From: Xanthomonas campestris pv. campestris str. ATCC 33913
GTDB lineage: Bacteria > Pseudomonadota > Gammaproteobacteria > Xanthomonadales > Xanthomonadaceae
Length of the DNA stretch: 32,000 bases
Assembly (NCBI RefSeq): GCF_000007145.1
Contig: NC_003902.1
Span: 1,597,436 to 1,629,435 of the forward strand
Direction of reading: 5' to 3'
Part shown: positions 26,951-32,000 of the stretch, piece by piece
Layout: each line of letters opens with the position of its first letter
Position numbering within the stretch: position 1 is the stretch's first letter
Translations under genes and position numbers: made by a program
Notes under the pieces: model-generated
Seen by the model: the letters and a program-made list of their open reading frames with translations, nothing else
Databases searched by the model: none
Told to the model about the DNA's origin: nothing

Positions 26951-27057
26951 GGTCCTTGCCGGCCTACCGTCGCGGGACCTTACGCGGCATGGATGCTGCG
27001 TAAGAGCTTACAAGGACGTACTTGCAGCGTGTCCCGCGATGGTGGCCGGCAAGGGCC
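26951..27057 (+). ncRNA. Candidate structured RNA or palindromic element (27-bp closing stem plus two internal hairpins)
   Basis: 26951-26978 pairs with 27031-27057 (one bulged T at 26965). Internal hairpin 1 is 26979-27004 (10 bp). Internal hairpin 2 is 27006-27028. All three wobble pairs are G.U only in the plus sense. No promoter or terminator was identified. Confidence 0.3.
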
Positions 27058-27189
27058 CTGCAGCCAAGCCGCAGATCATCTGCTCTACAACCGACGCATC
27101 CACACCGTTCGATGACCGCTCAATGAGACACAGAGCTTGAGCTTCAGCCTCGTTTGCATATTTCAGGCCGAACTAACCGAGGGCGCGAC

Positions 27190-27270
27190 GACAGCATCAA
27201 ACGCGCCGCCGCACGCCGGATGCGTGAATCATCCTTACTGCACTTCCAGTCCATCCACTTTCTGCCGCGC
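27190..27270 (-). repeat. Ghost copy of the parC 3' end (last 10 codons, stop and about 45 nt of 3' flank)
   Basis: About 90% identical to 27291-27375, offset by 101 bp. The minus strand still reads QKVDGLEVQ-stop (27235-27264). Confidence 0.85.
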
Positions 27271-27335
27271 CTCAGTCAAACCAAGGCGCTGACAGTGTCG
27301 AACGCGCCGCCGCGCGCCGAATGCGTGAATCATCC

Positions 27336-29579
27336 TTACTGCACTTCTAACCCGTCCACTTTCTGCCACCCGCGCGGCAACAACGCGCCACGGCTTGCAC
27401 GCGCGCCCACATAGGTGTCCAGATCCTTGAACGACAGGCTCATCACGCGTGCGCCGCTGCGCACCAGCAAGGTGTTGCCCGGGGCGACCGCGGCCACGGC
27501 GACCACGCGCTCGGTGCCGAGCTTGGCCTTGGGGATCTCGATGAGCTTGTTGCCCTTGCCCTTGTCCAGTTCGGGCAGGTCCGAGGCCGTGATCGCCAGC
27601 AGGTTGCCGGCGCTGGTCACCGCCACGATGCGGTCGGTCTGCGGGTTGAGCACCTGCGCTGGCGTCAGCACATGCGCGCCGGTGGTCAGGTTGAGCATTG
27701 CCTTGCCGGCCTTGTTGCGGCCGGTGAGGTTTTCGAAGCGGGTGACAAAGCCATAGCCGTGCGAGGACGCCAGCACGAAGCGGGCATTGTTCTCGCCGCT
27801 GGCCAGCACCTGGAACGAGGCACCGGACGCCGGTGAAAAACGCCCGGTCAATGGTTCGCCGTTGCCGCGCGCCGAGGGCAGGGTGTGCACCAGCGTGGAG
27901 TACGCGCGGCCGTCCGAATCCAGGAACGCCACGTGGTAGGTGCTGCGGCTGCGCACGGCGGCCAGCAGGCCGTCGCCGTCGCGGTACGACATGCCGGCCG
28001 GATCCACCTCGTGGCCCTTGGCTGCACGCACCCAGCCCTTCTCCGACAGCACCACCGTCATCGGTTCGCTGGCAACCATCTCGGTCTCGTCGATCGCCTG
28101 GGCGGCACCGCGCTGCACCAGCGGCGAGCGGCGCGCATCGCCGAACTTCTTGGCGTCGGCAGTGAGCTCGTCCTTGATCAGCTTCTTCAGCTTGGTCTTG
28201 CTGCCGAGGATGGACAGGATCTGCTCGCGTTCCTTGGCGAGGGCTTCCTGCTCGCCGCGGATCTTCATTTCTTCCAGGCGCGCCAGCTGGCGCAGCTTGG
28301 TTTCCAGGATGTATTCGGCCTGTTCTTCGCTCAGCGCAAAGCGGGCGATCAGCACCGGCTTGGGTTCGTCCTCGCTGCGGACGATGCGGATGACTTCATC
28401 CAGGTTGAGGAAGGCGATCAACAAACCTTCCAACAGGTGCAGGCGGCGCTCGACCTTCTGCAGGCGATGGTTGAGCCGGCGGGTGACGGTGTCGCTGCGG
28501 AAGGTCAGCCATTCGCTCAGCAGATGCTTGAGGTTCTTGACCTGCGGGCGACCATCCAGACCGATCACATTGAGATTGACGCGGTAGCTGCGTTCCAGAT
28601 CGGTGGTGACGAACAGATGGCCCATCAACTGCTCGGCATCCACGCGGTTGGAGCGCGGCACCAGCACCACCCGCACCGGGCTGGTGTGGTCGGATTCGTC
28701 GCGGATGTCTTCCAGCCACGGCAGCTTCTTGGCGCGCATCTGCTGGGCGATCTGCTCGATCACCTTGGACGGCGAGACCTGGTAGGGCAACGCGTCGATG
28801 ACGATGTTGGCGTGTTCTTTCTTGTACGTGGCGCGGGCGCGCACGCTGCCGTGGCCGGTCTCGTAGATGGCACGTAGATCGGCAACGGGGGTGATGATTT
28901 CCGCGTTGGTCGGGTAGTCCGGGCCCAGCACGTGTTCGCACAGCTGCGCCACCGTGGCGTCCGGGTCGTCGAGCAGGTGCAGCAGCGCGCTGACGATCTC
29001 GTTGAGGTTGTGCGGCGGCACGTCGGTGGCCATGCCCACTGCGATGCCGGTGGTGCCGTTGAGCAACAGGTGCGGCAGGCGTGCCGGCAGCCAGGTGGGT
29101 TCTTCCAGGGTGCCGTCGAAGTTGGCCGCCCAGTCGGTGGTGCCCTGGCTGATTTCGCCCAGCAGCACTTCGGCGATCGGGGTGAGCTTGGATTCGGTGT
29201 AGCGCATCGCCGCGAACGACTTGGGGTCGTCGGTGGAGCCGAAGTTGCCCTGGCCTTCGATCAACGGATAGCGGTAGGAGAACGGCTGCGCCATCAACAC
29301 CAACGCTTCGTAGCAGGCGCTGTCGCCGTGCGGGTGGTACTTACCGATCACATCGCCCACGGTACGCGCGGACTTCTTGGGCTTGGCGGCCGCGTTCAAC
29401 CCCAGCTCGCTCATCGCGAAGATGATGCGCCGCTGCACCGGCTTCAGGCCGTCGCCCAGGAACGGCAGGGCGCGGTCGAGCACCACGTACATCGAATAAT
29501 CGAGATAGGCGCGTTCGGCGTACTCGCGCAGCGGCAACTGCTCGAAGCCATGGAAGGTGGGGCGGGTCAGATCGGTCAT
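27336..29579 (-). CDS. parC: DNA topoisomerase IV subunit A
   Basis: 747 aa. [56 protein letters not shown]... [41 protein letters not shown] carries the catalytic Tyr. Called ParC rather than GyrA from the N-terminus and length. Confidence 0.93.
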   Translation of the reverse strand: MTDLTRPTFHGFEQLPLREYAERAYLDYSMYVVLDRALPFLGDGLKPVQRRIIFAMSELGLNAAAKPKKSARTVGDVIGKYHPHGDSACYEALVLMAQPFSYRYPLIEGQGNFGSTDDPKSFAAMRYTESKLTPIAEVLLGEISQGTTDWAANFDGTLEEPTWLPARLPHLLLNGTTGIAVGMATDVPPHNLNEIVSALLHLLDDPDATVAQLCEHVLGPDYPTNAEIITPVADLRAIYETGHGSVRARATYKKEHANIVIDALPYQVSPSKVIEQIAQQMRAKKLPWLEDIRDESDHTSPVRVVLVPRSNRVDAEQLMGHLFVTTDLERSYRVNLNVIGLDGRPQVKNLKHLLSEWLTFRSDTVTRRLNHRLQKVERRLHLLEGLLIAFLNLDEVIRIVRSEDEPKPVLIARFALSEEQAEYILETKLRQLARLEEMKIRGEQEALAKEREQILSILGSKTKLKKLIKDELTADAKKFGDARRSPLVQRGAAQAIDETEMVASEPMTVVLSEKGWVRAAKGHEVDPAGMSYRDGDGLLAAVRSRSTYHVAFLDSDGRAYSTLVHTLPSARGNGEPLTGRFSPASGASFQVLASGENNARFVLASSHGYGFVTRFENLTGRNKAGKAMLNLTTGAHVLTPAQVLNPQTDRIVAVTSAGNLLAITASDLPELDKGKGNKLIEIPKAKLGTERVVAVAAVAPGNTLLVRSGARVMSLSFKDLDTYVGARASRGALLPRGWQKVDGLEVQ

Positions 29580-29594
29580 GCGAAGCCAGGTCCT

Positions 29595-29624
29595 ACGAAA
29601 GAAGAACCCGCGCCAGCGCGCGGG
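29595..29624 (-). terminator. Candidate terminator of the AraC-family gene
   Basis: Stem CCCGCGC (29607-29613) / GCGCGGG (29618-29624). On the minus strand it is followed by TTCTTCTTTCG. Lies 16 nt past the AraC-family stop and just upstream of the parC ATG. Confidence 0.45.
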
Positions 29625-29639
29625 CTCGAAGAGCGCCGA

Positions 29640-30503
29640 TTATCCGGATGCGGCGGGGGATGCCAAGCCGCGCGCGTGGCCGCCGGCCAGATAACGGGCC
29701 GGCGGGGCACCAAAATGCCGGTGGAAGACGCTGACGAAGGCGCTGGGGCTGCTGTAGCCGAGCTGGTCGGCCACCTGCGCCACTGCGGTGCCCTGGCTGA
29801 GCCGGCGCAGGCCCTCGGCCAGGCGCGCTTGCTGCCGCCATTGCGCAAAACTGAGCCCGGTCTCGTCGCGGAAGTGCCGGCTCAGGCTGCGCGGCGACAG
29901 CCCGCCCCAGGTGGCCCAGGCCTCGAGTGGGCGCGGGTCGGCGGGGGTGTCGAGCAGCTGCCGGGCGATGCGTAGCAGCCGCCGGTCGGCCGGCATCGGT
30001 AGGTGCAGGTGCTCGATCGGCGCCTGGCACAGCTCGTCCAGCAGGACCGCCGCCAGGCGCTGCCGGGCCGGATCCACGGGTTCGGCCAGCATCGCGCTCA
30101 GCGGCCAGCTGGCCGCCCGCATGATCACCTCGCGGGCCAGCCCGCTCAGGCGGATCACCCCGCTGCGCGCCGGCAGGCCGCTGCAGGCATCCGGCCGCAC
30201 CACCACGCCCCAGCCACGCAGCGGCCCGGCCAGCTCCACGGTGTGCTGCTGGCCGGGCGGCATCCAGCCGGCACAGCCGGGCGGCAGCGAGGAGGTGCCG
30301 TGTTCGGTGTGCACGGTCAAGACGCCCTGTTCGACATACATCAGCTGGCCGCGCACATGCGCATGCCAGGCGGTCTCCGGCGCCCACACCGCGCGCAGGT
30401 CGGCGCGGAAGGCGACCACCACCGGGCCATCCGCCCATTCGAAGCTGGCCCGCGCGCCAGGCGGCAGCGCATCGATCTCGGTTGGCCGGTTTTCGTTATT
30501 CAT
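29640..30503 (-). CDS. AraC-family transcriptional regulator with N-terminal cupin-like domain
   Basis: ORF 29640..30644 trimmed to the ATG at 30503. The C-terminal HTH region is LEAWATWGGLSPRSLSRHFRDETGLSFAQWRQQARLAEGLRRLSQGTAVAQVADQLGYSSPSAFVSVFHRHFGAPPARY. Confidence 0.85.
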   Translation of the reverse strand: MNNENRPTEIDALPPGARASFEWADGPVVVAFRADLRAVWAPETAWHAHVRGQLMYVEQGVLTVHTEHGTSSLPPGCAGWMPPGQQHTVELAGPLRGWGVVVRPDACSGLPARSGVIRLSGLAREVIMRAASWPLSAMLAEPVDPARQRLAAVLLDELCQAPIEHLHLPMPADRRLLRIARQLLDTPADPRPLEAWATWGGLSPRSLSRHFRDETGLSFAQWRQQARLAEGLRRLSQGTAVAQVADQLGYSSPSAFVSVFHRHFGAPPARYLAGGHARGLASPAASG

Positions 30504-30582
30504 TGGCCAGATTGTATTACCGGGCCAGCTGGCGGGGCGCGTATCGTCCTCGATCCTTGCAATTGGCTTTATCCCGGATGAC

Positions 30583-30602
30583 ATATTTGCGTTGACAAAT
30601 AT
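30583..30602. promoter_or_regulatory. Inverted repeat ATATTTG-N6-CAAATAT overlapping a TTGACA hexamer (candidate MarR/AraC operator)
   Basis: ATATTTG at 30583-30589 and CAAATAT at 30596-30602, with TTGACA at 30592-30597. Sits in the 121-bp AT-rich divergent region between the AraC-family gene and marR. Confidence 0.35.
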
Positions 30603-30624
30603 ATTTTTCGGAACAAAATAACCC

Positions 30625-31068
30625 ATGATCGACTCCACAGCCACAACGCCGCCGACCTTCGGCTTGCTGTTGCGCCAGGTGCGCGACGCGCTGATGCGCC
30701 AGCTTGATGCCGAAATGAAGGGCGAGCTGCCCGACTTCGGCTTCAGCCATTACGTGGGCCTGAAGGTGCTGGCAGTGCGCTCGCCGTGTACCGCCAACGA
30801 GCTCGCCCAGGCGCTGGACCAGACCCCGAGCGCGGTCACGCGCCTGCTCGACAAGCTCGAGGCGCTGGGCGCAGTGCGGCGCGAGCCACATGCGCAGGAT
30901 CGCCGCGCGCTGCAGATCGTCATGACCGAACAGGGCGTAGCGCTGTGGGAGCGCCTGCGGCTGCGCGGCGAACGCGCCATGGAGCATGGCCTGCGCGACC
31001 TGTCGGCGCCTGAGCGCGAGCAACTCACCTCTCTTCTCATCCGTGTCCGCGATGCACTCAACTCATGA
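30625..31068 (+). CDS. MarR-family transcriptional regulator
   Basis: 147 aa. The winged-helix region is ANELAQALDQTPSAVTRLLDKLEALGAVRREPHAQDRRALQIVMTEQG. Confidence 0.9.
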   Translation: MIDSTATTPPTFGLLLRQVRDALMRQLDAEMKGELPDFGFSHYVGLKVLAVRSPCTANELAQALDQTPSAVTRLLDKLEALGAVRREPHAQDRRALQIVMTEQGVALWERLRLRGERAMEHGLRDLSAPEREQLTSLLIRVRDALNS

Positions 31069-32000
31069 ACGCTGCTAGTTCCTTCCTTCAGAGGCGGCAC
31101 CCGCGCGCAGTGCGCAGGCTGCGGCCGATCCTTGTGACCACGCTGGCACTGGCGCTGGCCGCCTGTGCCAGCAGCCGCGGCCTGGCGCCGCAAGGCACCG
31201 TGCTGGAGCCCGGCGCCGTGCATGCCGAGCGCACCTTCGGGCAGGCGCAGCTGAGCCCGGCCGCCTGGCCGGCCAGTGACTGGTGGCGCGCTTTGGGCGA
31301 CCCGCAGCTGGACGCGCTGATCGCCGAAGGCCTGCAGCACAGCCCCAGCCTGGCCGCTGCCGATGCACGGCTGCGCCAGGCGCAGGCGCGCACCGGCACT
31401 GCCCAGGCCGATCGCGGCCCCAGCCTGTCGGTTTCCGGCGGCTACGCCGGCTGGCAATTGCCCGAATCGATGGTGGGCGAGGAGCGCGGCGGCAGCTATG
31501 CCGGCAGCGCGCAGGTGGTGCTGGACTTCCGCTATGGCGTGGACCTGTGGGGCGGCAAGCGCGCCGCGTGGGAAGCAGCCGTGGACCAGGCGCATGCCGC
31601 CGAGGTGGACGCGCAGGCGGCACGCCTCAACCTGTCGGCGGCCATCGCCGAAGGCTACGCACAGCTCGCCTACGCCTGGGATCTGCAGGACGTGGCCAAC
31701 GATGAGCTGGCACGTGCGCAGAAAACCCTGGAGTTGACCCAGCGCCGCCGCGGCGCCGGCATCGACAGCGAATTGCAGGTGCGTCAGGCGCAGGCCCGCG
31801 TGCCCGCCGCGCAGCAGCAGGTGCAATCGGCGCAGCAGCAGATCGACGAAGCACGCAATGCCCTGGCCGCGCTGGTCGGGCAGGGCCCGGACCGCGGGCT
31901 GGACATCGCGCGCCCGGTGCTGAGCCAGAGCCTGCCACCGCAACTGCCCAGCGCCTTGCCAGCGGATCTGCTCGGCCGTCGCCCCGATGTGGTGGCGGCG
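31065..32000 (+). CDS. Efflux-system outer-membrane lipoprotein, NodT/OprM family (5' 312 codons, runs off the window)
   Basis: ATG 31065 overlaps the marR stop (ATGA). The frame is open to 32000, so it is absent from the ORF track. Lipobox LALALAAC/AS. WWRALGDPQLDALIAEGLQHSPSLAAADARLRQA... and LLGRRPDVVAA are typical of NodT-family OMFs. Confidence 0.85.
   Translation, partial: MNAASSFLQRRHPRAVRRLRPILVTTLALALAACASSRGLAPQGTVLEPGAVHAERTFGQAQLSPAAWPASDWWRALGDPQLDALIAEGLQHSPSLAAADARLRQAQARTGTAQADRGPSLSVSGGYAGWQLPESMVGEERGGSYAGSAQVVLDFRYGVDLWGGKRAAWEAAVDQAHAAEVDAQAARLNLSAAIAEGYAQLAYAWDLQDVANDELARAQKTLELTQRRRGAGIDSELQVRQAQARVPAAQQQVQSAQQQIDEARNALAALVGQGPDRGLDIARPVLSQSLPPQLPSALPADLLGRRPDVVAA

Noticed and set aside
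27060-27076. GCAGCCAAG..GCAGAT resembling the conserved SRP (4.5S) RNA domain IV string.
   Set aside because: The flanking GGUCC-GGAA-GGAAG apical hairpin is absent, and the segment lies outside the observed helices. The similarity is coincidental.
26801-27140. 104-aa and 75-aa plus-strand ORFs in the tpm-parC spacer.
   Set aside because: Third-position GC (about 60%) is well below that of neighbouring genes. There is no RBS, and the ORFs span the long inverted repeat. Probably non-coding.
27235-27333. 32-codon minus-strand ORF starting right after the parC stop and ending with the ghost QKVDGLEVQ terminus.
   Set aside because: The ATG sits immediately against the SD-like AAGG with no spacing. 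The peptide is Arg-rich nonsense up to the ghost segment. It is best explained as a by-product of the duplication.

Overview
This is a high-GC gammaproteobacterial chromosome segment. Gene order and protein sequences look Xanthomonas-like, which is an inference. It is mostly core housekeeping genes with a few accessory islets. Order, left to right: a partial HDOD gene, tsf and rpsB (minus); a six-gene archaic (sigma/Csu-type, SCPU-domain) chaperone-usher pilus cluster (minus, 2817-8594); map-glnD-dapD-small membrane protein-YffB-like ArsC-dapE (plus, several overlapping stop/start junctions); a Sel1-repeat lipoprotein (minus); asnB (plus); a beta-helix lipoprotein, a TonB-dependent receptor and a penicillin-acylase-family Ntn hydrolase (minus); bfr (plus); tpm and parC (minus); an AraC regulator (minus) divergent from marR and a partial NodT-type outer-membrane efflux gene (plus). 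I found no CRISPR array, tRNA or rRNA, IS element or integrase, and no recognisable defence or toxin system. The observations most worth follow-up are: (1) a candidate Asn-codon leader-peptide attenuator upstream of asnB, with terminator, 14-bp antiterminator and a 30-codon ORF carrying 6 Asn; (2) a pilus cluster with a second paralogous chaperone coupled to a minimal Ala/Pro-rich secreted subunit, plus a near-consensus sigma54 promoter; (3) a ~110-120 aa Lys/Ala/Pro-rich histone-H1-like extension in frame with DapD; (4) a ~107-nt three-way-junction inverted-repeat element between tpm and parC whose wobble pairs all favour a plus-strand RNA; (5) a ghost copy of the parC 3' end that differs from the real one only by synonymous changes. 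All functional calls come from reading the translations and sequence by eye. No database search was run.
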